Shown here: positions 1 through 11,468 of the stretch, one piece after another | Layout of the letters: every line of letters begins with the position of its first letter | Numbering within the stretch: position 1 is the stretch's first letter | Source of the DNA: Haplodiscus bocki | Taxonomy: Eukaryota | Assembly: GCA_965655095.1 (NCBI GenBank) | Contig: OZ296649.1 | Span: 94,860,001 to 94,924,000 of the forward strand | Reading direction: 5' to 3' | DNA: 64,000 nucleotides | Made by a program: the position numbers and the translations under genes | Notes under the pieces: model-generated | Seen by the model: only the letters and a program-made list of their open reading frames with translations | Database searches by the model: none | Told to the model about the DNA's origin: nothing

Positions 1-2076
1 GAAGAAATTGCAAATTTTTTTATTTCTCCGGAACTTTCGCTTCGTTGCCTTCTCATTTTGCTTTTCAGCCAAAAACGCTTTGAAAACCAATACAAGAGGA
101 GCGGTGTATCAAATATGTCATAAATTCTGATATATTTCTCTGAAAAGGTTTTTTCTTCCGCGAAAGTGGCTAAATTTACGAATTTTGGCAATTTGTCTTC
201 CAGATCGTCTTTGTAACTAGATACAGCTAAACGAAATAGATTGTCTTGAATTTTGAGAATTCTCTGTTTCCCCAAACTTTCATGCAACAGGGTACTTGAT
301 TTGTTCCAGAGTCAATCTGAAACTGGGATAAATTGCAATTTTCCATACAGTTTCCTTTGCTTGCTAAATCAGCCTTTTGGCTACAGTTGAATCAGGTTGA
401 GTTGCCGCCCAATTGCTACAAGTTCGTCGATTTTCATTACAAAATAATCACCTCTGTGAGCCATGAGAGAGCCTCCTTGCTCACGAGGGTCTTCATCATT
501 GGTATGGTTCTCTAAAGAAAAACTTCATATGTAACAGAATTTTCTTCATGGAAGTTGTTATGCTTTCTCATTGACATCAAAATTTTCCAGTCGGTACCAA
601 AAATCCAATGATTGCTTTATTAAACAGTCTGGAAATTTCTGGTTTTCCTGCTGCGGTTGCGAATTCCTTTTCGAATATCTTAGAGGTTTTCGTTTTTTAT
701 GTATTTTCTCCCACTGTTCCATGGCTACTGCTGTTCCAAACCTTGGAAACTGGTCAAGGTTGACTCTCCAGCTTTGCTCCTGTGTGAAGCTAGCAAACGC
801 CAGCTTGTTACGGTCGACCCTTGTTTTTTTCGTATCGTTCACAACTCGCAATGATTGCGTAATGTTACTGGCTTGTTTTCTGGCCTCTGATTTTCATCCC
901 ATTTTCTTTGCATGGTACTGATCCCTGAAGCATATATATTTTCATCAAGTCAGGCAAAGTTTGGAAATCTTCCTGTAAGGTGCTTTTTGTGACCAAAAGG
1001 CTCGAGAGGAAACTATTTTCGGTAGGAGATTCACGCTTGCGAAAATTCTCAGCTGCTCAGTTACCATCATCAGTTTGACGAAACTGTCTCGAACTGGAAT
1101 TGTTTTTCCCTGAAAAATTGGGTGCTAGTTGCGAAGAATCTCCTGACTTTTGACTTGAACTTCTTGAAATTTTCAAATGCGTTTTTTTATTCGAATCCAG
1201 TTTTTTACATATTTTAGATTTAAGCCATCCATTGAATGTTCATCAACTAATCGGTCGAAAGACGTGTCAGGCAACAGATGGCTTGCTGTATGGTTCTTTG
1301 GGTTTAAAATCTGTGTTATAGTTGCTTTTTTGCTGACCAAACACCCTAAAAACATTTTCTTCTGAAACATCAAATTTTTGGACTTCATCAGATATGTTCA
1401 TCCCCTGAGTCTCATTTGATTTTTTGCCGAAGTTGTTGGAAACTTTTCAACGTCAAGGGTTTTTTAATCTACAGTTTTCCCTAGTTCAACTCGACTTGTA
1501 CTCCTAATATCGGATATATGCCAGAATTACACCTTTTTCCGATAGTGTTCATTTAAAATACCTAGGTGTGGCATTGGGGTATCTAGTGTGCAATGCGGAA
1601 CATTCGCCGAGTGGATTTTCTAGCAAGCAGCATTGGTGAAACATTGCTTAATTTTCCCTGGATATAACTAAACTTGTGATAGGAAAATTCACTTCATTTT
1701 CAATTGCGTCCTTCATTGGGCATTCCATCTGAAAGAATACCAATCGACAGCAGCTATCTACTTCTAGTTCAATTACCTTCGATTCAAGGAAGCTCAGCTG
1801 TTCAGGGCTGGTGATAGTGTCTTTTTAGTTTTTGCCCGCGAGTTTTTGACGTTCGTTGAAACTTCAACTTCGTTTTTTTTCAAGGTCATCCTTACGTCGC
1901 TTTCATTATTTTCAGAAGTCTCTATTTTTGGATACTGGGGTGATTTTAGGAATCGGTTTCTTGGTTGAATCTGTGTGACTTCGTTTCCTTTTTTCATATA
2001 TCTGAGGAAGTATCGAAAATTGTTTTTCCTTCTTTCAGAACTTCGAATTTTCAGTCCTGTTTTCAGTACTTATGTT

Positions 2077-2985
2077 AATAATATACTATAATGCGGATTT
2101 ACCAGTAACTCGCCTGACGGCTCCTTACTAATAAATCCGTCATTATAGCCGTTCCCTACGCTTCGCTCCGGTCACTTATATTATTGCTCAGCTGTTTGAG
2201 CTTCGCCTTTTCGTCTCGCATAAAAGATGATATTAACGTAAAAATTTACAAAAACTGCTCTTGCTCAGTGTACCGTCCTAGCCATGGCCGCATCACTGGA
2301 GACAGTTCCCCCTCTATACCAAATTAATGGCAAGACAGTTCCTCCGGAGAATCACAGGTAGTGAATGACAAAGACTGGGGATACGTATTAAGTAGTGAAC
2401 CCCAAACACTACGGCCGCAAAGCCTTAACTTTTATCGATATCACTCACATACCATTCAACAAGCGGAGACAAAATAAAAGGAGACAAACTCGAATAAATA
2501 TACATCATTGGTATGTTATGACAACATCAACGATACTAGTGAATTTTTCACTTTCATATATGTCGACATCCTTAAACATGTACAGATTATAAAATTTTAA
2601 GCTACAAATACAGATGATATGTCGTTAGAAAGCCCGTCAAAAGTTAAGTATACCCTGAAAATATCAACATTGTATCTATTATAATCTTTGAGAAATTTGA
2701 CAAAAACAGTATATGTCGACATCCTTAAACATGTACAGATTATAAAATTTTAAGCTACATATACAAATGATATACCATTCAATAGGTCGTTAAAAGTTAT
2801 GTAAACCCTGAAAATTTCAATTTTGTATCTATTATAATCTTTGAGAAAATTGATAAAAACCCAAAATGACGTCATTTTTAAACATGTACAGATTATAAAA
2901 TTTTAAACTACATATACAAATGATATACCATTCGATAGCTCGTTAAAAGTTATGTATACACTGAAAATTTCAACTTTGTATCTAT
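2077..2985 (+). repeat. Left TIR, near-perfect part (degenerate homology continues to ~3352)
   Basis: Reverse complement of 19514-20422; 5 mismatches and no indels in 909 bp by manual comparison. Confidence 0.96.
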
Positions 2986-3170
2986 AATATTCTTCGAGAA
3001 AATTGACAAAAAAAGTATATGTCGACATATCTTAAACATATAGAGATTATAAAGTTTTAAGCTACTAATATAATTAAAATATTTTTGGATAGCTCGTGAA
3101 AATATTAGTGTATGTTGAAAATTTCAACCTCGTATCTATTTCCATTTTCGAGAAATTGACAAAATAGTAT
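2555..3170 (+). repeat. Four ~153-bp tandem repeats inside the left TIR (mirrored at ~19330-19945)
   Basis: AAACATG/A anchors at 2574, 2727, 2880, 3034; each unit has a palindrome (ATGTCGACAT or AAAATGACGTCATTTT). Confidence 0.9.
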
Positions 3171-3250
3171 TTGTAAAAGTATAAAAGAAAAATTATAAAC
3201 AAATATTCATACAAATATACATATAATTATACTATTATTTGTATAAGAAT

Positions 3251-3760
3251 TCATGTAAGTATACCTGGATTGTTATATAAAAACCATTGACGACAAGCAA
3301 ATTGAAATGGATTATTTATATCATTACAAAATGTTTGTATATAATCACGATTTTGAGCAAGGTTTTTAAAAAATTGACGATGTAGAGGAGATGCACCTAA
3401 TCTGAGATGATAATGTATATTTATATGAGATAGATTACTTAGAATTTTTATTTTAAAATTATTTATTTGATTAAATATATAACCATTTTCTCGAGCATTT
3501 TTAATTTTTTTATTTAAACCATAGAATTCAGTTTTAAACTCCATCGATCTATGAGTAACTGCAAAATTGACTTCTTCATTATTAGAAATATTTTTAAAGC
3601 AAAGATCATAAATAATTCTATATTCAAATGAATGAAAATACTTTTTTCTACAATCTTTAATAACATCATCGAGTATATAATCTATTTCATGAATATCTGT
3701 CTTATCAAATTCATATTCTTTAACAACAATTAACTGATTTTCGTTCGTCATATCGTTCAT
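3251..3760 (-). CDS. Polinton accessory protein, 169 aa, unknown function
   Basis: Intact ORF with TAAATG start; paralogous sequence at 18075-18452 and 19141-19242. Confidence 0.8.
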   Translation of the reverse strand: MNDMTNENQLIVVKEYEFDKTDIHEIDYILDDVIKDCRKKYFHSFEYRIIYDLCFKNISNNEEVNFAVTHRSMEFKTEFYGLNKKIKNARENGYIFNQINNFKIKILSNLSHINIHYHLRLGASPLHRQFFKNLAQNRDYIQTFCNDINNPFQFACRQWFLYNNPGILT

Positions 3761-3839
3761 TTATTATATATGATTTTGTTTAAATAAAAATCTTTCAATA
3801 AAAATTATATTAAAATTGAATTAGTTTTCATATATTTAA

Positions 3840-4298
3840 ATGGGGTATTGGAAATATTTAATGATGGAATCAGAATCTCCTAGATTTTGTTTGTCGACTG
3901 AAGATTATAGAGAAGAATGTGAAAAGCGTGATTTTTATAAAAATATAGGAAATATTCACGCTAACATAATCGAAGAAAAATTGATCCCAGATTGGTTTTA
4001 TTTAAATTTACCTTATTGTGACGAATGTAAAAAATATATAGAGTTTGTAGATGGTGTATGTTCTAATTATCAATCACATAGACTTTTAGTTACATGTAAT
4101 TATTGTCAAAAAGATTTTAGAACATTTAATGATAGACAAGTAAGATGTTCAGTTTGTTGTCAATCAATTGAATGTAAATTAAAAACATACACTTTTGAGA
4201 AATTAAAAAAATTAGCTAATGTATATAATATAAAAAGAAGAAAACAAGAGTTTATAATAGATGATTTAGTACAAAAAGTTGAAAATTATATCATTTGA
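3840..4298 (+). CDS. Cys-rich zinc-finger protein with a possible C-terminal SAP/helix-extension-helix-like domain, 152 aa
   Basis: CDEC, C..H, CNYC, CSVC motifs; C-terminal LKTYTFEKLKKLANVYNIK..KQEFIIDDL; TAAATG start. Confidence 0.7.
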   Translation: MGYWKYLMMESESPRFCLSTEDYREECEKRDFYKNIGNIHANIIEEKLIPDWFYLNLPYCDECKKYIEFVDGVCSNYQSHRLLVTCNYCQKDFRTFNDRQVRCSVCCQSIECKLKTYTFEKLKKLANVYNIKRRKQEFIIDDLVQKVENYII

Positions 4299-4672
4299 AT
4301 AGGTAAAATTATATTTTTCTGTACAAGTATATCAATTGTAACACATACAAGTATACGAGTAATTATACTTTGGTATATATACAATTATATGAGTAGTTGT
4401 ACATATATTTCTCATTTGTGTTACATACAATTATAAAATATGGATACATACTATTATACTTGTACATATACCTATGTATACTTACAATTATATGAGTAAT
4501 TAAACATTCATTAACATTATGAGATATGAATAATTATATGAGTATTTATACTTAGTTATACTTACAATTATACGAATAGATATTTGAGTATTCATACTAG
4601 GGTTATACTTACAATTATACGAGTAAGTATTATAATTATAATAACGGTTGGGTTTGAATAGGTGTATAGATA

Positions 4673-7600
4673 TTATATTTCATAATAAGGAAGCATATGA
4701 CCAAAATCATTTGGTTTTCTTCGTTTTAATTCATTTAAATTAGCTTCAAATTCTTTGTTTTCATTGATTTGATTATTACAAGTTGAACATAATATTCCAT
4801 CTTTACATGCATTACATTGTCTCATTTTTGTTGGAATTATAACTCCATTTTCGAATGATTTTTTCCAAGATCTCGGTAGTATAGCTGTTATTTTTTTACC
4901 TTTTAACATATTAAAATATTGAGATCGATCTAATAATCTTTTACTATCATTAAATCCTTTAAAGGTCATATGCTGTTCAATAACACCAAGTTCATTAATA
5001 GTTAGACAATATTTTATTTTAGGAGCTAAGAATAAACCGTAAAATATACCGCCTGTTTTATAATCATTTTTACGTTGACATAAATTTTTACCTACTAAAT
5101 TTGCTTTATCTAATACATCCCAATATTTTTTTTCTATATACAAGCTATCCGTGTCTCCATAGTATATACTATTATTATAAAATCCGTTTATTTCTCTAAT
5201 AAAATTGTTCATAATCCGTTTACTATTACTTAATATAAAAGCTCCTAAATGGCTTGGTAATGTATTTTTGACGTCGTTATCACCTTCTAATCCATCGTCC
5301 TTTTTTAATTTTACGATATAATTTCCGTTTGGTAATTTCCAATAATCTAAAACATTTTCATCGTATTCCGTTTCCATCCAACGTTGTGATTTACATTTAT
5401 AAGATTGATCAATGTCTTTGCGTATCTGAACTCCATACAAACTGTTCATGATTAATTTAACTAGTCTTTGCATTAAATCATTATGTTCGTCTTTATATTT
5501 TTGTCTTAAAGAAAATAATTGTTCTATAACTTTTCTAAATGGTGATATCTTAAAGTTTTCTCTATAAAGAACTCCCTCGTAAATTTCAATCACTTTTCCT
5601 CCTATTTTAACAATTTCACAAATATCAACACTAGTTAAAGTATCGATAATATAACCATTTCTCATTCTATTAACTTCAACATTTTTAACTTTTTCTTTAA
5701 CTGGGAGATGTTGATATATAAGATCAGGAGGATTATAATATTTTATTGTTAATATAGCAGATTCATCACCATCTTCGTTAAATGTTTGATTGTTGAATGC
5801 TTCTACATAAACATTATTCATATGTGGTTTAAAGGCAAATCCACTTTCTATTTTAGGATACACTGATTTTTCATCCCACATAGCACTTGGGTATAGACTT
5901 GTAGCATCAAAATCCATCATAACATCGTTAACATCTAGTTTTTGTAATTTTTTGTGTATTGGTAGTTTATTAAGTTCTTTGTTAATATGTTCGGTTCTTT
6001 CTTCCTCATCGTTATTTCGATAGTCTTTAAATTTCGAATCATATTCGTTTTCTATTATCTTTCTTTGTTTATTTGTATATTCAAAATATTTATCTATGAT
6101 TTCACAAACATTATCATTATCGTTAACATTTAATTCTTTTGAAATAATATTGAATGCTTCCTGTGAAATATTTGATTTATAATATTGATTTAAAGCTGAA
6201 CAACGACCTCCTTTTATACTTTTTCTAACAAAATGTCTCATAAATTCATCGTCATAAGTGTAGATTGGTTCATCGCTTTCATCTCTTAAACTATTAAAAT
6301 ATTTATTTGCAAGAGACGGCAAAGTCAAACAGTTTTTCATCCCAAATCCAGTTAATACTTCCATTCCTTTTGAATACCTAGCATAAGAGAAAGCTGTTGA
6401 TAACACATCGTTTTTAAGATAAGGTAACCACTCATTTTCTTTTTTTTCCCAAGTGTCTTCGAAAATTTCATCGTGTTCTAATTCTTGTTTAAGTAAACTT
6501 TCTTGTAATTTATAACATCTTCCTATATTTTTTAGGGAATCTTTAATATGTAATAATCCACATCTCAGATGAACATATTGAGGTATTTTTTTAACAGGGT
6601 CTACATAACCGTTGAATATTTTAAGAGATACAATACCTGATCCGTTTTTGATTAATTTAGAAGTTCTCCAATGAGGTAAATTGTTTAATACAACATAACT
6701 ATCGAATCCCGATCCTTTGTGTGCTATCAAGTATAAATTATATTTAACAATTTTGTTATTAATCCGTTTTGCTTCTCCTTTGAATTGTAAAACATAGTCT
6801 AACATTTTGTTAATATTATCTAATCCTTTCAAAACAATACAATCATTTAAACACTTTTGATATTCTTTCTCTGATATATCTCGATAATATTTACCTGAAA
6901 TTTTACTTAATCTATATATACAATTAGCATAAGGAACACATTTGATAGTACTAAAAGTTTCTATATCATAAACAACCACGTTAGTTAATTGAGATTGAAC
7001 TTTTTTAGGTTTGTATTCATATTTAATAAAACTTTTAACATGTTTATCAGATATGACATTATCAACGACTCTAAAGTTATCTTTTAATTCTTTTATTGCT
7101 TTTTCAAAGCTAACGTGATCTGATTTCCAAATTAAACAGAAGTGATTATTATGTCTTTTTAATGCTGTATTTCTTTGTGTAATATTTCTAGGACACACCC
7201 TAAAACCATCATAACAACCTATATTGATATTATGCTTTCTACAGAAAGGTTGAACTCTAGCAGATGTCATCACATTTGATCTTCTTTGTTCTGTTCGAAT
7301 AAAGGTTAAAAATTCTTCTGTATAATCTTTTTTAGTAAAATAATTGATACATTTGATAAAACAATTACCACTTGTAGGAATATAACAATTATTGCCTATA
7401 TATTCAACAATATCTTGTTTAAAATCTGTACCTCTACCATATTGAGATCTGTTTACTTTTTTGAATTCAGGTGTATTTAATTTATACAACCATCCTGTAA
7501 AAATAACATCTTCACTATCATAACCACTGTTATCTATAGCATTAATATAACTTTCGAAATCATCGACATTTTTAAACCTAATATTTGTTTTTTGTTCTAT

Positions 7601-8009
7601 CTCACCAACCAACATAGATCCAATTAATTCAAAATCACCTGTATAATCTTCTAAAATATCATTTTTAATTTCATGTAGATTTAACCCGTTAACATATTGT
7701 CTATCAGTTGTTGCTAGTTCAAAAAATCTACCTATGTTAATGTCTTCTACCACATTTTCTCTTTTCTGCCTTCTTTCATTTTGTTTTGTTTCCTTATTTG
7801 ATTCATTTTGTTTTCTAATCAACTTTCTTCTTTTATTTAACTCATATTCTTTTTTCTTTTGTAATTTCGTTGTCTTTTTTGTTTTTTGTAATTGTTGATT
7901 ATAATCGTCATAGTTTTCTTTAATTTTTCTAATTTCTTTTTTATTTTTTTTTTAGTTTATCCCTATATCGTTTTTCAGTTAATCGAGTTTTGTTCATTAC
8001 ACTGTCCAT
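4673..8009 (-). CDS. polB: Protein-primed family B DNA polymerase (putative terminal protein + vOTU-like + exonuclease + polymerase); +1 frameshift in T10 at 7944-7953; ~1111 aa repaired
   Basis: Exo YDIET, HKGSGFD, YLKNDV; Pol DFDATSLYPSAM, KLIMNSLYG, YGDTDSL; removing one base from the homopolymer extends the frame to a TAAATG start at 8009 (MDSVMNKTRL...). Confidence 0.93.
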
Positions 8010-8067
8010 TTATAAGGAATAAATTTATTCAAATGAAAATCCTTTCAATAAAAAACATAATAATTAA

Positions 8068-8460
8068 ATGGACACTAAAATATGTACTATTTGTACTATT
8101 GAAAAAGATATCAACAACTTTTACAAAAAATATACAGAATGTATAGACTGTAACCGTGCAAGAGGACTGAAACGATATTATGAAAATAAAGATAAAATAT
8201 CAAATCAACAAAAAGTATATTATGAAAAAAATAGAGAAAAAATATTATTACAGAAACAAAATAATAGAAGTATTCAATTTAGAGACTTAGTTATATCTTA
8301 TATTGAATTAGAAAACAGATTAAAAACATTAGAAGAAAAATTGAATGTTTACAAAAATATAAATGACTCAGAAAAACATCAAAATATTTATAAACGAAAT
8401 TTATTCCAAACCACCAAAAAAGAATTATATTACAAACAAAACAGATGTTTATCATATTGA
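8068..8460 (+). CDS. CxxC..CxxC zinc-ribbon/coiled-coil protein, 130 aa, overlapping the integrase start
   Basis: CTIC..CIDC; TAAATG start; N-terminus resembles that of the ATPase. Confidence 0.65.
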   Translation: MDTKICTICTIEKDINNFYKKYTECIDCNRARGLKRYYENKDKISNQQKVYYEKNREKILLQKQNNRSIQFRDLVISYIELENRLKTLEEKLNVYKNINDSEKHQNIYKRNLFQTTKKELYYKQNRCLSY

Positions 8461-9220
8461 TGACATTTGGTCTCTTGATATTTTAGACTTAAAAGATTAT
8501 GGTCCTGAAAATAATAGAGGTTACAGATATGTTTTAGTAACCATAGACAATTTCAGTAAATTTGGATGGACAGTTCCTTTAAAAAATAAAAAAGCTCAAA
8601 CATTAAAAGACTCTTTCGAAATAATTTTAATAACTTCAAAAAGAAAACCTGGTTTAATCGAAACAGATCGTGGAAAAGAATTTTATAACAATATTTTTCA
8701 AGATTTCTGAAACAAAAACAATATCAAACTTTATTCTAGAAATACTTATTTAGGTGTTGTTTTTGCTGAAAGATTTAATCGTAGTATCAGAGACCTTCTT
8801 AAAAAGATCGTTTTCGAACAAGGTGATGGTAATTGGATTGATATTTTACAAACAATAACAAAACAATATAATTATAGAATACATTCATCGACTAGGTTGA
8901 CACCAATACAAGCTAGTTTAAGGAAAAACGAAGGTTATGTTTACAAAAATTTATTAGACAAACGAAAGAAAATCAAACCAAAATATGAAATAGACGATTT
9001 AGTTAGAACGGCAGATTTAAAGAAAACGTTTTCGAAATCTGACACGACTAATTGGTCTTATAAATTGTATAAAATTACAGAAATTGTTAATGATACTATT
9101 CCAAGTTATAAAATCGACAATTTACCCGAAAGATATAACGAATCGTTACTGAAAAAGACTGATTTAACATTAAAAGAAAACAATACTGTCATGAAAAAAT
9201 TAAAAATTGATATTGTATAA
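8363..9220 (+). pseudogene. int: Retroviral-type (rve) DDE integrase, 285 codons, one in-frame TGA at 8708-8710
   Basis: WSLDILD, ETDRGKEF and, after the stop, FAERFNRSI; track ORFs 8363 and 8897 share one frame with open sequence between. Confidence 0.93.
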
Positions 9221-9287
9221 ATACACTTATTCAGATATGAATAGTATTATAATTATTAATATACTTGTATGAATACAATTATATCGC

Positions 9288-10541
9288 CTAACTTAAATCA
9301 AACATTCGTTGTCCATCGCTGGTTATACTTATTAATCTATTTGTCAAAACTAAAGCGTATCCATAAATTCCAGCATCAATGTTTTCTGAAAATTTAAATT
9401 CTACTTTGATGGGTTGAGCGTTTTCAAAATCTTTCTGATATCGTATATCGAAAGCGTATATATTATACCCTACATCATTATTATTATTAGACGATCTAAA
9501 ATCGTTTTCACTTATATATGGTTGGAGTAAATCATCTTTTGTTAAAGCTCTAAAAGTTTCTTTTATTTGACCATATCCTTGACTATAATCATCGTCATCA
9601 TAATTTAATAAAATACCAGAATCAGGATACCGTTCTGTTCCGATAACGACTTGAGCAGATATCACTGGAAGCCTGACAAAAGTGTCGTTGTTTAAATTTT
9701 GATCGTTTTGTCTATCATTTTGTTGGAATGCTACAAAAATATACATTGGAATATTAATACCTTCTTGTGTGCCCAGTTCAAAATTCCAAACATTTTGAGT
9801 ATTCACTTCTTTCATGAAAACTGATCTTTCTGGATATTGAATTTGAGTAGGTGTTTTGTTTAATATTTGTTTGGATAATATATTTTGTTGTTGCACGGAA
9901 GGAGTATAATGGGGTACGTACCATTCTAAAGCATTAATTTTAACTTTACCGTTGTTGATCGCATTACCTTTATTTAAAACAGCGTTGTCAGTATTTCTTG
10001 TTAATGTTAATTTATAACCGAGCCCATATGTACCTTTTTCTTGATATTCAGCAAAACCAAAAACATCTTTTAGATAAATTCTAATATGATATTTCCCTTT
10101 TATATTTTTGTTATTAGTTAATTCATTTCGTCTTCTAGTGCGATCACGATCAAAACCAATAGACAAATCATCAGATCCTTTACTCGATGATAATAACTTA
10201 TACATTAATGATACTATATGACCGTGATCAATATTTTCTAGATGTTTTCCCGAAGACGTTGTTAGCTTATAATTACTAAACAAAGCAATAGGTCCTAAAT
10301 TAACTAACCTTATATCGTTACCGTCTGCATATCTGTTATTGGGAGCAGCAGCATGTAATACATCAAAATTTAATTCAAGATAACTGTTTAACAATGAAAT
10401 AGCACTGTCCTCTCTAGGTATATTAATATATACTTGTGAATTGGCAGTATTTATTGTACTTATTTCAGACGGTGAGTATCGTATATAATCACATTTTAAA
10501 ATGTCTCTGTTAATTTCATATTTCCCACTTAGTTTAAACAT
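9288..10541 (-). CDS. Major capsid protein (double jelly-roll), 417 aa
   Basis: Size, beta-rich composition, Polinton-MCP-like motifs (SYLELNFDV, YLKDVFGFAE, LEWYVPHYTPS, PMYIFVAFQ, ERYP) and position in the structural block. Confidence 0.85.
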   Translation of the reverse strand: MFKLSGKYEINRDILKCDYIRYSPSEISTINTANSQVYINIPREDSAISLLNSYLELNFDVLHAAAPNNRYADGNDIRLVNLGPIALFSNYKLTTSSGKHLENIDHGHIVSLMYKLLSSSKGSDDLSIGFDRDRTRRRNELTNNKNIKGKYHIRIYLKDVFGFAEYQEKGTYGLGYKLTLTRNTDNAVLNKGNAINNGKVKINALEWYVPHYTPSVQQQNILSKQILNKTPTQIQYPERSVFMKEVNTQNVWNFELGTQEGINIPMYIFVAFQQNDRQNDQNLNNDTFVRLPVISAQVVIGTERYPDSGILLNYDDDDYSQGYGQIKETFRALTKDDLLQPYISENDFRSSNNNNDVGYNIYAFDIRYQKDFENAQPIKVEFKFSENIDAGIYGYALVLTNRLISITSDGQRMFDLS

Positions 10542-10610
10542 TTATATATCAAAAATGTATACATACAATTATAAGAATATTTTTATTCGAATATGAGTAA
10601 TTATACCTGT

Positions 10611-11459
10611 TTATTTGTTTAATAGATCACATTTAATTAAAATTTGTTTATGTTGTTTCTTAGATATGCATTTGTATTCTAATAATTTATCAATTATAAC
10701 AATTTCATCGTTAATTATATCAGAATTATTACCTGCATGTTTTTCTTGTAATAATAATTTTAATCTATCACATAATTCATCAGGATCAGATGATAAAAAT
10801 ATTGTATTCGAAACACCCAAAGCCGTGATAGCTGGTGAGTTAAGTAAAGTTATTAAAGTTCTGTCTCGAGTAGATTTGTTACCAACACGGCTTTTATCAA
10901 AATTCATTTCTTTTGCAAAATCAAACATTAATTTTTTATCTGATAAACTAGCAAGATCTACATTATAATTTTTATTAGTTATCATTTTTAAAAGTTCTCC
11001 TTTTAATTCGAATACTTTACCTGATTCACGAAATGTTAACAAATTATTATGTAAAGTAATTGGTATCGAGTTGTGTATTTTCAAATCATTAACTCTATTA
11101 GATGAAGGATCTTTTTCTAACTTAAATTGGGTTGTATTTTCAGGATTAGTAATTTTAGATAAAGGACTTATCAAATAACTAGCCAAAATTCCTCTATCAT
11201 TCATGATTTCTAAAAGTTTATTGTTTAAATTCTCTAGTGCAAGGTTATTGTCTTTAGAAGATTCTGTTATAGCTTTTGTTATATTTTCCGAAGTATTGTT
11301 AAGTGATTTAGTAACAGGTTCAAAGACCTTTTTTATGTCTTCGTGAAAATTTTGTTCACCTAATTTGTCTTGTAATTTAACAACTTTTACTTGATTTTGT
11401 AATAAAGCTAACTCTTCTAATTTTTCTATATCTTCTCTATCTTTTATTGAATATAACAT
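10611..11459 (-). CDS. Conserved Polinton protein of unknown function, 282 aa
   Basis: Intact ORF between ATPase and MCP; helical C-terminus DPDELCDRLKLLLQEKHAGNN recalled from Polinton hypothetical proteins. Confidence 0.7.
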   Translation of the reverse strand: MLYSIKDREDIEKLEELALLQNQVKVVKLQDKLGEQNFHEDIKKVFEPVTKSLNNTSENITKAITESSKDNNLALENLNNKLLEIMNDRGILASYLISPLSKITNPENTTQFKLEKDPSSNRVNDLKIHNSIPITLHNNLLTFRESGKVFELKGELLKMITNKNYNVDLASLSDKKLMFDFAKEMNFDKSRVGNKSTRDRTLITLLNSPAITALGVSNTIFLSSDPDELCDRLKLLLQEKHAGNNSDIINDEIVIIDKLLEYKCISKKQHKQILIKCDLLNK

Positions 11460-11468
11460 TTGAAAGAT

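Noticed and set aside
1-2070. Coding-like minus-strand sequence here and at 20429-22450, possibly an old element interrupted by the Polinton
   Set aside because: Frames are full of stops and I recognise no domain.
2395-2592. 65-aa ORF duplicated at 19907-20104
   Set aside because: GTG start, no TAAATG, no motifs, runs into the tandem repeats; identical only because it lies in the TIR.
2555-3170. CRISPR-like array
   Set aside because: Whole 153-bp units are homologous, with no unique spacers and no cas genes.
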